The translations under genes were made by a program, and so were the position numbers. The notes beneath the pieces were generated by a model. The model did no database searches. It saw only the letters and a program-made list of their open reading frames with translations, and was not told the origin of the DNA. From an uncultured Gammaproteobacteria bacterium (GTDB taxonomy: Bacteria > Patescibacteriota > Microgenomatia > Levybacterales > UBA12049), in the NCBI GenBank assembly GCA_964416445.1, contig CAYQEE010000001.1:67676-131675 (forward strand): a stretch of DNA of 64,000 bases. The letters run 5' to 3'. Each line of letters opens with the position of its first letter. Position 1 is the stretch's first letter. Shown here one piece after another: positions 19,542 to 30,299 of the stretch.

Positions 19542-20654
19542 ATGGATATATTAATTCTTAATTGGAAAGATGTTAAAAATCCTGAAGCTGGGGGAGCAGA
19601 AATTATAGCTTTTGAACTTGCAAAGCGCTTGGTAAAAGACGGAAATTCAGTAACGTTTTTCTCTCGAAGTTTTCCCGGTGCTCCATCAGATGAAATGCTT
19701 GATGGTATCAAGATAATAAGAAAGGGAGGTATTGTAAGTGTTTATCTTCATGCATATTTTTATTATAGAAGATTAAGACAAAAACCAGATCGAGTGATCG
19801 AAATGATAAACACCATTTGCTGGTTTACTCCATTCTATATTGCAAAAGATAAGCGATGTGCCTATTTGAATCAGCTTGCTAATGAAGTTTGGTATTATGA
19901 GTTTATTCTTCCATTAGCGGTTTTTGGGTATATTTTTGAGCGAATTGAATATCTTTTTTACAAAACAACACAATTTATCTGTTATTCAAAAAGTACAAAA
20001 GATGATTTAATAGGTTATGGCATTCCGTCGGAAAATATTTTTATCTTTCGGATAGGCATTGACCATAAACGCTATGTCAGTAGTAGTAGCAAAAATAAAG
20101 ACCCTTTATTCATTTTTGTTGCACGTTTAGTACCAATGAAACGAGCAGATTTATGTGTACAAGCAATGCAATATGTTGTTAAAAAATGTCCGGAAGCGCA
20201 GTTAGCGATTATCGGAAGAGGAAAATTAGAGATACCTTTAGAAAAATATGTAAAGAAACATAACCTTTCTGATCAGGTTACCTTTGTAACGAAAAATAAT
20301 TTTTTTATCTCTAAAAATGTAAATGATAGTAAAGTAAAACTTATGCAGAAAGCATGGGCGCTTGTATTACCTTCAATTAAAGAAGGATGGGGGCTTGTCG
20401 TTACTGAGGCTGGGGCATGTGCTACTCCTGCTATTGTTTCAAACGTTACTGGCCTTAAAGATTCAGTTATTGCAAATAAAACTGGTATCATTTTATCTAA
20501 TAGGCCTACTCCCCAAGAATTAGCGAATGCAATGCTTCAACTTATTGAGAATAAGTCATTACGACAGTCGCTTTCAATAAATGCTCATCAATATGCTCAG
20601 GAATTTACTTGGGAAAGAAGTTATCAAGAATTCAAAAGGATAATATTAAGATAA
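19542..20654 (+). CDS. GT4 glycosyltransferase
   Basis: WKDVKNPEAGGAE, RLVPMKR and PSIKEGWGLVVTEAGACATP motifs. Confidence 0.9.
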   Translation: MDILILNWKDVKNPEAGGAEIIAFELAKRLVKDGNSVTFFSRSFPGAPSDEMLDGIKIIRKGGIVSVYLHAYFYYRRLRQKPDRVIEMINTICWFTPFYIAKDKRCAYLNQLANEVWYYEFILPLAVFGYIFERIEYLFYKTTQFICYSKSTKDDLIGYGIPSENIFIFRIGIDHKRYVSSSSKNKDPLFIFVARLVPMKRADLCVQAMQYVVKKCPEAQLAIIGRGKLEIPLEKYVKKHNLSDQVTFVTKNNFFISKNVNDSKVKLMQKAWALVLPSIKEGWGLVVTEAGACATPAIVSNVTGLKDSVIANKTGIILSNRPTPQELANAMLQLIENKSLRQSLSINAHQYAQEFTWERSYQEFKRIILR

Positions 20655-20710
20655 TTATCTGTTATGCGTGTCGGTTTTGATCTACAATTGTATATAAAGG
20701 TAAATAAAAA

Positions 20711-21532
20711 ATGAAAAATCCATTAGTTTCTGTAATTATCTCGACATTTAATAATGAAAAAACATTAGAAAAATGTTTAGAAAGTATTCATAAGCAAACG
20801 TATACACCAGTAGAAATAATTATTGTTGACGAATGGAGTAAAGACAAAACACAAGAAATTGCTAAAAAAAATGGAGCAAAAGTTTATCTTCATGGAAAAG
20901 AAAGAGCAAACAACAGAAATTATGGGATAGGTAAGTCTCAAGGGGATTATTATTTCTTTCTTGATTCCGATATGGAGTTAGAGAAAGATGTTATTCAACA
21001 ATGTGTTGCTCTTTGCGAAAATAAACAAGCTGATGCAATTGTTATTACAGAGAAGTCTATTGGAATCGGATATTGGGCAAAAGTTCGTGGGTTTGAAAGA
21101 ATATATAATAAGGGAAATAATTATGTTGAAGCTGCAAGGTTTTTTAAAAAATCAGTTATTGAGCGTATAGGAGGATATGATCCATCTATTGTTGGTGCAG
21201 AAGATTGGGATTTACAACAAAGGATTCTCACACATGGTTTTGTTGTTGATCGGATTTCCGCATATATCATTCATCATGAAGGGAATATCAATTTAAATAA
21301 ATTACTGCGGAAAAAAATGTACTATGGAAAAGCTTTTCTCTTATACAAAAATCGTTATCCGGAAGCATTTAAAAAATCGGTTATTCGTACGCAACTTTTT
21401 AAACATTGGTTTACTTTTCTCAAACATCCTAAATACGGAGTAGGTGTTTTTGTGCTAAAATTATTAGAAGGTTTAGCTTTGTTTTCCGGAATGCTCATGG
21501 CAAAGTTGGGATATGAACCACCACATTATTAA
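20711..21532 (+). CDS. GT2 glycosyltransferase
   Basis: VSVIISTFN, IIVDEWSKD, FLDSD and GGYD..AEDWD motifs. Confidence 0.9.
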   Translation: MKNPLVSVIISTFNNEKTLEKCLESIHKQTYTPVEIIIVDEWSKDKTQEIAKKNGAKVYLHGKERANNRNYGIGKSQGDYYFFLDSDMELEKDVIQQCVALCENKQADAIVITEKSIGIGYWAKVRGFERIYNKGNNYVEAARFFKKSVIERIGGYDPSIVGAEDWDLQQRILTHGFVVDRISAYIIHHEGNINLNKLLRKKMYYGKAFLLYKNRYPEAFKKSVIRTQLFKHWFTFLKHPKYGVGVFVLKLLEGLALFSGMLMAKLGYEPPHY

Positions 21533-22913
21533 AAATACAATGAAAATTAAGAAAAAATTATTTGAAGAAATCAAGAAACAAGATAAACCCATCCATATTG
21601 TTCTTATCGGTACAAAACCAGATATTATTAAACAAGCTCCTTTAATACAAAAATTGAAAGAAAAAGGTCACTATACAGTTGTTGTTCATTCAGGACAGCA
21701 TACCCAATTTAACTTATCGGGTGGAATTGAAGAAGAATTTGGTATTGTTCCTGATGTTAATTTGGGAATCCATGGAAATTTGTTTGAGCAACAATCACAG
21801 ATTATTCAGCGTTTCGGTTCTCTGCTAAGTGAGATAAAGCAATATAATAGAAAAATAATTCCTTATATTTGCGCTGATACAACTACTGCACTCGCGGCAG
21901 GTATCGCGTCTTTTGCAAATTTAATAAGCACGGCTCACGTGGAAGCGGGGTTGCGAACCATGTCGCCTCCAAAAGAGCTTACGTTAAGCCTTCTTGAATC
22001 ATCAACAAATCTTAAACAGTATTTCAAGGATTTACAAAAGAGTTCTTTATGGGAGAAGGGATCCTATGAACCATATCCTGAACAATTTGATACGAGAGCT
22101 GCTGGACCATCTGCAGGAATTCATCTTGCACCTGTTGACTTAAATAGAGAGCATTTGGAAAAAGAAGGATATGATCCAAAACGAATTTTTGTTGTTGGCA
22201 ATCTTGTGAGTGATGCATTACATATTATTCAAGAACGGGTAGAAAAAAGTACAATTTTTGAAAAATTTCCTATACTAGCAAAAGGAGATGCCATACGTTT
22301 TTGTATCCATAGACGGGAAAATATTACATCAATCCAGCGATTTATGGCAATATATGAAGCGATGGAACAACTTATTAAGGAGGGAAGACCAGTTGTTCTC
22401 ATTTCTTTAGGAGCTACCGAAAAAGCGTTCCAGGAATATGGATTAAAAAGTCATGTAAATGAATTAGCAAAAAAATATCCGCACTTTATTTATACACCAG
22501 TTCTTCCCTATTATTCAGATACTATTGCCATTATGCAAAAAAGTGCGTTGGTTGCGACAGATTCAGGAAGTATCCAGGAAGAAACCAATATGCTTGGAAT
22601 TCCTGGAGTTGTTTTGCGGTTTAATACCGACCGACCCGAAGCGATTTATTCAGGCGGTAATGTATTAGCCGCGCCAATGACAAAAGAATCAATACTTAAA
22701 GTTATTCACGCGGTGTTGGAAAATACTGAGCAAATAAAAAGTATGAGGGAATCACCGAAGTTATACGGAAAAAGTGTCGGCGAAGCAATGGTTAACATAA
22801 TTGAAAAAGCAATACAAGAGGACTCTCATTTTAATATTTTTGAATTTATGGAACATGAGAGACTAGGTCTAACAAAAAAACCTTTTTGGAAAAAAGAAAA
22901 AATAGTATGGTAA
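21513..22913 (+). CDS. wecB: UDP-N-acetylglucosamine 2-epimerase homologue (divergent; start may be 21540)
   Basis: GTKPDIIK, SGQH, HVEAGLRT, HRREN, TDSGSIQEE and TDRPE motifs. Confidence 0.75.
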   Translation: MNHHIIKNTMKIKKKLFEEIKKQDKPIHIVLIGTKPDIIKQAPLIQKLKEKGHYTVVVHSGQHTQFNLSGGIEEEFGIVPDVNLGIHGNLFEQQSQIIQRFGSLLSEIKQYNRKIIPYICADTTTALAAGIASFANLISTAHVEAGLRTMSPPKELTLSLLESSTNLKQYFKDLQKSSLWEKGSYEPYPEQFDTRAAGPSAGIHLAPVDLNREHLEKEGYDPKRIFVVGNLVSDALHIIQERVEKSTIFEKFPILAKGDAIRFCIHRRENITSIQRFMAIYEAMEQLIKEGRPVVLISLGATEKAFQEYGLKSHVNELAKKYPHFIYTPVLPYYSDTIAIMQKSALVATDSGSIQEETNMLGIPGVVLRFNTDRPEAIYSGGNVLAAPMTKESILKVIHAVLENTEQIKSMRESPKLYGKSVGEAMVNIIEKAIQEDSHFNIFEFMEHERLGLTKKPFWKKEKIVW

Positions 22914-23179
22914 GTTAAATATAGGTAAGGTTTTTATAATAGTAACTCTCCTTATCTTTAGTAATGTAATTCACCTCAATAGAAATACCCTTCCAATAGA
23001 TGCCTTTGTTTCAATCACATATAGTACAATACTTATCAATAAGAGTAACTAACAATATATAAGAGAATCAAATCAATACCTGTCGATGATTACACCAAGC
23101 TTGGTGAGTTATTGATGTAAGCTGATCCCAACAAAACGATTGTGATGCAACTGAATGAAGAGCAGTTTAATCACTAACA

Positions 23180-24049
23180 TTACTTTTTGCGTATAAATTT
23201 TATTGCAAAAGGTAATAACACGGCATAGGACAATGGATTCCTTTCTCGACGTATGAGATTATGACTGCTTATCAATCCATAAATAGCTTTCAACCACACA
23301 ATAATTTGCTTATTTTTTACTGATACAAAAAATGATTGCATGAAGAAGACTATGCTAAATGGAATTGCGAGAAACAGCGGGAAATATATCCACGTAATAA
23401 TAAGGAAATTTCTTGTACAATAATAGATAAATCGCGTACTTGTTCTGTTATTAGGTGATTCTCTATGATAAACAATAATATCAGGATAAAACCATATGTT
23501 TATTTTCTTTTGTAATGCTCGTAAGGAAAACTCAGTTTCATGTGCATAGACAAATATCCATGGAGCAAAATATCCAATTTTTTTAAAAACATTTTTATGG
23601 ATCGCAACGCCGCATCCCATAAAATTAAATGTTTTTTTAGGTATTGATTCATCGGTAAGCTTATATACACTTCTCTTATTAGCATAATTGATGACATTGC
23701 ATGATAAGATCATGCAATGTTTGTTAGTTGAAAACGCATGGTGTATTTTTTGTAACGTATTGGGGGAAGGATGTGAATCATCATCCAAAACAAGAATAAT
23801 GTCTCCTCTTGCTTTCTTAAATCCAACATTCCATCCTGAAATTCCTTCATTATTATTTTTGATATAGGTAACTTCGGGAAATTTTTTAGGAAGTAGTTTA
23901 TCTATTCCATCGGTGGATCCATTATCAACAACAATAATCTCATAATTTTTATAATTGCTCTTTCTGATATAATGAATAGACTTTACCACATCATTTTTTC
24001 GGTTATAAGCCAGGATACATATTGAAATAAGATTCGTGTTTTTCTTCAT
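23180..24049 (-). CDS. GT2 glycosyltransferase (possibly a galactofuranosyltransferase, by position after glf)
   Basis: ILAYNR, VVDNGSTDG, VLDDDS and FMGCG motifs; 10 bp downstream of glf. Confidence 0.85.
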   Translation of the reverse strand: MKKNTNLISICILAYNRKNDVVKSIHYIRKSNYKNYEIIVVDNGSTDGIDKLLPKKFPEVTYIKNNNEGISGWNVGFKKARGDIILVLDDDSHPSPNTLQKIHHAFSTNKHCMILSCNVINYANKRSVYKLTDESIPKKTFNFMGCGVAIHKNVFKKIGYFAPWIFVYAHETEFSLRALQKKINIWFYPDIIVYHRESPNNRTSTRFIYYCTRNFLIITWIYFPLFLAIPFSIVFFMQSFFVSVKNKQIIVWLKAIYGLISSHNLIRRERNPLSYAVLLPFAIKFIRKK

Positions 24050-24059
24050 TGATATCTTG

Positions 24060-25170
24060 TTATTTTTTTTCTAAACGATCAAAAAGATCAAGTGCATTTT
24101 TAAAGGCTTGATCCATATTAAAGTATTTATAATTTGCAAGTCTCCCTACAAAATAAATACCATTTTTTTCAAGTTTTTCTGATTCTTTTCGATACTTTTC
24201 ATAGAGTGCTCTATTTCGAGGATTCGGTACGGGGTAGTATGGTTCACCTTCTGAGGTGCTATATTCTCGTATTATTGTTGTTTGTGGATGTTTTTGACCA
24301 GTCGCGTGTTTAGGTTCATTGATTCTTGTAAAGGAACAATCGTTAGGATAGTTAATCTGCGCTCGGGATTGAAAGTATTCCATATGGAGCGTTTGATATT
24401 CAAAGCGTAACGATCGATATTGTAATTTATCTTTAAACTTATATTCAAAAAATCGATCTATGGGTCCTGTGAAAAAAAAGCTTTTCATACTGGGTGATTT
24501 TCTCTTTAATTTTAAAAAAATCAGTATCTAACCGTATTTCTATATTTGGGTGATTAAGCATATTTTGAAATATTTTTGTATAACCTTCTTTAGGCATAGC
24601 TTGATAGGTATCGGGGAAATAACGATCGTCAAAGGATGTATAGACGGGAATTCGGTTGAGTACTGACGCATCAAGGTCTTGAGGACTAAGATTCCACTGC
24701 TTAATTGTATAATTTTTAAACATTAATTCGTATAACTTTTCTCCTACTCTAGCCTTTGCAGATTCTTCGCTATTTTTAGGGAAAGCTATTTTTTTGGTAT
24801 TTTCCATAAGCCAATCCTTCATTTCTTTTTCGGAGGTAAGATTTATCTTAAAGAGAATATTAACCGTGTTAATATTCACCGGTACGGGTACTTGTATACC
24901 GTGAACACTACTTAATACACGGTGTTCATAAGGATGCCATTGCGTGAATTTCGAAATATATTTCCAAATGGTTACATCATTTGTATGGAAAAAATGAGGA
25001 CCGTATTTGGGAACTAATATACCGGCTGAATCAAGATAATCATAACAATTACCTCCTATGTGGTTTCTTTTTTCAAGGACTAAAATTTTTTTCTTACAAA
25101 TGTTTGCATAGCGTTCTGCTAATGTTGCTCCTGAGATACCTGCACCGACAATAATAATATCAAATTGCAT
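24060..25170 (-). pseudogene. glf: UDP-galactopyranose mutase, frameshifted (+1) at a T8 tract
   Basis: ORF 24445-25170 (VGAGISG, HIGGNCYD, YGPHFFHT, DRYF, QAMP) and ORF 24060-24488 (TGPID, YRSL, EPYYP, GRLANYKYFNMDQ) are the two halves of one gene. Removing one A from A8 at 24472-24479 gives ...YEKLFFTGPID... and a 369-aa protein. Confidence 0.9.
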
Positions 25171-25226
25171 AATGCTCTTTATTTTACACTATTGTTTTTT
25201 TTAGGAATAGAATCTATTATATTGGA

Positions 25227-25946
25227 ATGGAAGACATTCAGAAAATAAAAAAAATAGCAGATACTATTGATGGATTTTTGAGTCATTCTGAAGAGATGTT
25301 TCTCTATAATACGGCAAATAAAGCAAGTAAGAAAGGTGTTATTGTTGAAATAGGATCATTTAAAGGAAAATCTACCGTTTGGTTATCAAAAGGTTCTCTT
25401 GCGGGAAATAAGGTAAAAATTTATGCAATTGATCCTCATATAAGTAACTTAGAGCATAAAGATAAAAAATCCAGTTTACCTATATTTAAAGAAAATTTAA
25501 AAAAAGCATCAGTAACCGATATGGTACAAACAATTGTTGCGAAAGCTGAAGATGCAGTGAAAAAATGGGATAAACCAATTTCATTTTTATGGATTGATGG
25601 CGATCATCGTTATGAGGGTGTAAAAAAGGATTTTGATCTATGGTCCCCCTTTGTGATAGAAGGTGGGACAATAGCTTTTCATGATTCAACATATGGAGAT
25701 GTGCAGAAGCTTGTTGGAGAAGCTATAGTTAAAAAGGGATTTAAAAATGCTGGTTTAATTGATTCAATATCATATGCAGTAAAATCGAAAGATACATCCT
25801 TTTTTGATTTAATACGGTCAGAAGTTGTTTTTGGAATCAACTTGCTTCATAATCCTATCCGATCATTTATTCCCTTGAATAGAAGAAATAGTTTTAAACA
25901 ATTCCTTTCTAAAACTGGTATACCACTTTATGATTCCTTTTCATAA
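25227..25946 (+). CDS. Class I SAM-dependent methyltransferase (Methyltransf_24-like, probable sugar O-methyltransferase)
   Basis: VEIGSFKGKS, AIDPH, WIDGDHRYE and GGTIAFHD motifs. Confidence 0.85.
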   Translation: MEDIQKIKKIADTIDGFLSHSEEMFLYNTANKASKKGVIVEIGSFKGKSTVWLSKGSLAGNKVKIYAIDPHISNLEHKDKKSSLPIFKENLKKASVTDMVQTIVAKAEDAVKKWDKPISFLWIDGDHRYEGVKKDFDLWSPFVIEGGTIAFHDSTYGDVQKLVGEAIVKKGFKNAGLIDSISYAVKSKDTSFFDLIRSEVVFGINLLHNPIRSFIPLNRRNSFKQFLSKTGIPLYDSFS

Positions 25947-26006
25947 CAGTTAGCTACAACAAGTATTTACAAAGATCACTCTTTTTGTTACGATTGGAAA
26001 AGTTTT

Positions 26007-27068
26007 ATGAAGCAAAAAACTGTCCTTATTACCGGTTCAGCAGGTCTTATCGGTTCAGAAGCTGCAAAGTTTTTTGCTGAACAAGGATTTTCTATTGTCG
26101 GTATAGATAATAATATGCGGCAATATTTCTTTGGTGAAGAAGCAAGTACAACATGGAATAAAAATAAGTTGCAAAAGACGCTCAAAGATAAATATATTCA
26201 TTATAATATTGATATTCGTGATAATAAAAAATTAGAAGAAGTATTTAAGAAACATACCTTTGATCTCATCATTCATACTGCAGCTCAACCCTCTCACGAT
26301 TGGGCAGCGAAAGAACCAATCACTGATTTCAGTGTCAATGCATTGGGTACATTATATATGTTAGAACATTATCGTAAATATGCTCCTGAGGCAGTTTTTA
26401 TTTTTACCTCAACAAATAAAGTTTATGGAGATACTCCCAATACCTTACCGTTAAAAGAATTGAAAACTCGTTATGAATTGCCTCAGGAGCATCATTTCTA
26501 TAATGGTATTGATGAGACAATGAGTATTGATAATACAAAGCATAGTATTTTTGGTGCATCGAAAGTAGCAGCGGATGTGATGGTACAGGAATACGGAAAA
26601 TATTTTGGGTTATCTACAGGAGTTTTTCGAGGTGGTTGTCTTACGGGTCCGTCACATTCTGGCACAAAATTACATGGCTTTTTGGCATATTTAGTGAAAT
26701 GTATTGCTACTGGGACAACGTATACTATTTTCGGATATAAAGGGAAACAGGTGAGAGATAATATTCATGCTGCAGATTTGATAAATGCGTTTTATCTTTT
26801 TTACCAAAAACCAACTTCAGGAGAAGCATACAATATTGGTGGTTCAAGATATTCTAATACGTCAATTTTGGAAGCAATTAGTAAAATTGAATCTATACTC
26901 GGAAAAAAAGCGAACGTTCTTTATAAAGATGAAAATAGGATAGGTGATCATATATGGTATATCTCAGATGTTAGTAAATTCCAAAAACAGTATCCAAAGT
27001 TTAATTTTACCTATAATAACGACAACATAATTGAAGATATCTGCCGCTTTGGACATTTTGATTTATGA
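26007..27068 (+). CDS. NAD-dependent epimerase, CDP-paratose 2-epimerase (RfbE/Tyv)-like
   Basis: [43 protein letters not shown] and RIGDH motifs. Confidence 0.8.
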   Translation: MKQKTVLITGSAGLIGSEAAKFFAEQGFSIVGIDNNMRQYFFGEEASTTWNKNKLQKTLKDKYIHYNIDIRDNKKLEEVFKKHTFDLIIHTAAQPSHDWAAKEPITDFSVNALGTLYMLEHYRKYAPEAVFIFTSTNKVYGDTPNTLPLKELKTRYELPQEHHFYNGIDETMSIDNTKHSIFGASKVAADVMVQEYGKYFGLSTGVFRGGCLTGPSHSGTKLHGFLAYLVKCIATGTTYTIFGYKGKQVRDNIHAADLINAFYLFYQKPTSGEAYNIGGSRYSNTSILEAISKIESILGKKANVLYKDENRIGDHIWYISDVSKFQKQYPKFNFTYNNDNIIEDICRFGHFDL

Positions 27069-28009
27069 AAGTTTTCGTTACCGGAGGAGCAGGATTTATT
27101 GGTAGCCACTTTGTTAACACGTTACTCCAAAAAAAAAATGATGTAATTGTTTTCGATAATCTTTCGACAGGAAAAAGCGAATTTTTACCAGAGAAAAATG
27201 ATCATCTAAAATTTGTTCAAGCAGATATTCTGGACTATAGAAATCTTGCAAAAGCAATGCAAGGATGTACTACAATTTATCACTTTGCCGCAAATTCGAA
27301 TGTAAAAAAAGGAACACAAAATACCTACTTAGATTTACAACAGGGAATTATCGGAACGCACAATGTCTTAGAGGCAATGAAGGAAAATAATGTTAAAAAT
27401 ATTATTTTTTCGTCGAGCATGACTGTATATGGTGAGCCCAAAACTAAAACACTTGTTGAAAATTATGGCCCATGTTTACCTATCTCCTTATACGCGGCAG
27501 CGAAGTTAGGCGCTGAAGGATTACTTAGTGCTTATGCATCAATGTTTGGCATCAACGCATGGATTTTTCGTTTTGCTAATGTTATTGGTCCGCGGCTAAC
27601 ACATGGTGTAATTTATGATTTAATTCACAAGCTTTTGAAGAACAAAAATTATCTTGATGTACTCGGTGATGGCACGCAAACAAAACCATATATTTTTATT
27701 GATGACATTATTGCCGCGATACTGTTTACCGTTGACGCTTCATTTGAAAGAGTAAATCTTTATAATATCGGTGTTAGAGATACCATTTCAGTAAAAGATA
27801 TTGTCTCAATTATTTTACAAAAGATGCATTTAAGTCAGACACAAGTTCATTATGCAAAAACAAAATATGGATGGGTAGGGGATATACCACAATGCGACAT
27901 GGATATTTCTAAACTGGCTCAGCTTGGATTCGTTCCAAAATATTCTTCAAAACAAGCAGTTGAAAGAACGGTCGAAGCCTTGCTTAAGGAAGTGGGATAT
28001 GCAGAATGA
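27065..28009 (+). CDS. NAD-dependent epimerase/dehydratase (SDR)
   Basis: [32 protein letters not shown] and GWVGD motifs. Confidence 0.88.
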   Translation: MKVFVTGGAGFIGSHFVNTLLQKKNDVIVFDNLSTGKSEFLPEKNDHLKFVQADILDYRNLAKAMQGCTTIYHFAANSNVKKGTQNTYLDLQQGIIGTHNVLEAMKENNVKNIIFSSSMTVYGEPKTKTLVENYGPCLPISLYAAAKLGAEGLLSAYASMFGINAWIFRFANVIGPRLTHGVIYDLIHKLLKNKNYLDVLGDGTQTKPYIFIDDIIAAILFTVDASFERVNLYNIGVRDTISVKDIVSIILQKMHLSQTQVHYAKTKYGWVGDIPQCDMDISKLAQLGFVPKYSSKQAVERTVEALLKEVGYAE

Positions 28010-29178
28010 GACAAGTTACAAAGAAATTACACATTTTACTTCTTTCTTTTATTTTTTCTCCAAATATTGGAGGCGTTGAATCTCATTTAGATGATCTTTG
28101 TAGTGACCTTGCGAAGAAAGGATATCAGATAACCGTTATAACCTATCAACCGCTCTTGGCTAAAGTAAATGCATCATCATATGAAAAAAAAGATCATTTT
28201 GAGATTTATCGTATACCATGGATAAAGTTTAATTTATTTAATCGACTAGAGAAATTGCCGATTTTACAGATGGTTTATTTGGTTCCTGCGATTTTTTTAT
28301 ATACCAGTAATTATTTAATAAAAAAACATAAGGATATTGATGTTATACAAACTCATGGATTTAATATGGCTATTGTAGGTTTTCTATTATCCTCAATTTT
28401 TCATATTCCTTTTACCGTTAACACGCATGTATCTTTTTATTTTAATAAATCATCTCTCTATGCTAAGGTTCTTACCTATATTCTCAATAAAGCTCGGTTT
28501 GTGCTTGTTCTGACAAAAGAATCGCAAGGGCAATTACGGAAGATCGGTGTCAAAAATGAAAAGATACTTGTCTATCATCAATGGATTGATACAAAGCTAT
28601 TTATTCCAAAAGACAGAAAAGTTGTAAGAAAACGATATCATATACCTGAAAGTACATTTATTGTATTGTTTACTGGTAGGTTGATTCCCGCAAAGGGAAT
28701 ACCATTAATCCTTGAAGCTGCACAAAAAGTGAAAAAAAATATTCTATTTGTTATCGTCGGTTCAGGAGAGATGAAAGATGTGATTGCAGAGAAAGAAAAA
28801 AATCTTGCTACACTCCGATTTATTGGTCAAGTGAAAAGAGAAGAACTTCCCTTATTATATTCTGCTGCAGATATTTGCTTGTTTCCCTCACTGCAGGCAA
28901 CAACAACATACGCAGAAGGAATACCGCGAGTTATGATAGAAGCTCTCTCATGTGGAACACCACTTATAGCGACAAAAACAGGAGGTGTCAGTGAGGTTAT
29001 TAATAAAAATGTAGGATTTTTTGTTGCTCCAGATAGTAATGAAATTGTTCAACTTGTTGAATATCTTTCTAACAAGCGATCCATGTTGCAAAATATGAGA
29101 AAAACATGTATTACCTATGCCTTGAAAGAATTCGATAGACAAAAGAATGCAGATATTATTGAGAAAAGTTTCATATGA
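28006..29178 (+). CDS. GT4 glycosyltransferase
   Basis: PNIGGVE, GRLIPAKG and EGIPRVMIEALSCGTP motifs. Confidence 0.9.
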   Translation: MRQVTKKLHILLLSFIFSPNIGGVESHLDDLCSDLAKKGYQITVITYQPLLAKVNASSYEKKDHFEIYRIPWIKFNLFNRLEKLPILQMVYLVPAIFLYTSNYLIKKHKDIDVIQTHGFNMAIVGFLLSSIFHIPFTVNTHVSFYFNKSSLYAKVLTYILNKARFVLVLTKESQGQLRKIGVKNEKILVYHQWIDTKLFIPKDRKVVRKRYHIPESTFIVLFTGRLIPAKGIPLILEAAQKVKKNILFVIVGSGEMKDVIAEKEKNLATLRFIGQVKREELPLLYSAADICLFPSLQATTTYAEGIPRVMIEALSCGTPLIATKTGGVSEVINKNVGFFVAPDSNEIVQLVEYLSNKRSMLQNMRKTCITYALKEFDRQKNADIIEKSFI

Positions 29179-30299
29179 AAAAAACATATCGATATCCAAC
29201 AATTATGATTTTGACCTCACTGCAATATGCAAACCACTTGCGTGAATATTTTGTGGAAAATGCAGAGAAAACAATCGCATTTTATGTTTTACCAAGAAGA
29301 GGAACAATTAAAAATTTTGTAGAAGTATATGAAAAAGGAATAAAAAAAGAAACAAAAAAACTTTACTCTCCAAAAAATCTTTTTTTATGGCATATCATGT
29401 TGTATGTACATTATATTACTATTTTGTTTCGTTATACTAAGAAAAAAGAAAAAGTATATTTTATCAATTACTTATTTACCTTATTTTTTTTACAATCACT
29501 TATTAGGTTATTTCGTGACATCAATTTTGTCGCCTGGGTAGGAGATTATTGGCCAATGCATGATCTTTCCATTCGATTTTATATGTTCTTTTTACATTAT
29601 TATCATGACCATGTTAAATATGCATTTTACCAAACAGATAGGATAAATGAAAAAATGAATAAAGGTAAATTACTGGCTACGGAAAATAAAAAAAATATTA
29701 TTCCTGCTATTGATCCCCCTCAAATAGATTATACAAAAAAGATAAAAGGTAGAATTGTCTTGTGCTTTATTGGTGTATTAGTGCCTTGGCAAGGTGTTGA
29801 AGTACTATTACAAGTAGTCGCCAAAAATCCAAAAGTACACTTAAAGCTTATTGGCACAGGCGAGGAAAGCCTAGTAAAAGATTACCTAAATCTTATTACA
29901 AGATATAATATTAAAGATAGGGTTTATTTTCCAAACAAGTTTATCTATGGAAATGAACTGAAAAAGGAAATTGCAGATTCCCACATCGGTATGGCTCTCT
30001 ATACAGTTGATCCCATGAGTGTAACTTATTACGGTGATCCGGCGAAAATAAAACAATACCTTGAATATGGATTGCCTATTATTATGACTGATGCAGCTGA
30101 GGTTGCTCAGTATATAAAAAAATTTGAAGCGGGAATTATTGTAACAAAAGATGTATCATCAGTAAATAATGCTATTGAAAAGATACGGAAAAATTATACT
30201 AAATATTTACATAATTTGGATCATCTGAATCACGCGTTTGATTTTAGGAAATATTATGTTGATAAATTTACTTTTATGGAAAACAAAAATACTTTATGA
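29175..30299 (+). CDS. Divergent GT-B (GT4-like) glycosyltransferase
   Basis: FIGVLVPWQG and DPAKIKQYLEYGLPIIMT motifs. Confidence 0.7.
   Translation: MKKTYRYPTIMILTSLQYANHLREYFVENAEKTIAFYVLPRRGTIKNFVEVYEKGIKKETKKLYSPKNLFLWHIMLYVHYITILFRYTKKKEKVYFINYLFTLFFLQSLIRLFRDINFVAWVGDYWPMHDLSIRFYMFFLHYYHDHVKYAFYQTDRINEKMNKGKLLATENKKNIIPAIDPPQIDYTKKIKGRIVLCFIGVLVPWQGVEVLLQVVAKNPKVHLKLIGTGEESLVKDYLNLITRYNIKDRVYFPNKFIYGNELKKEIADSHIGMALYTVDPMSVTYYGDPAKIKQYLEYGLPIIMTDAAEVAQYIKKFEAGIIVTKDVSSVNNAIEKIRKNYTKYLHNLDHLNHAFDFRKYYVDKFTFMENKNTL

Noticed and set aside
27129-27138. A10 tract in the SDR epimerase as a phase-variation site
   Set aside because: The frame is intact and long A/T runs are common in this AT-rich sequence.
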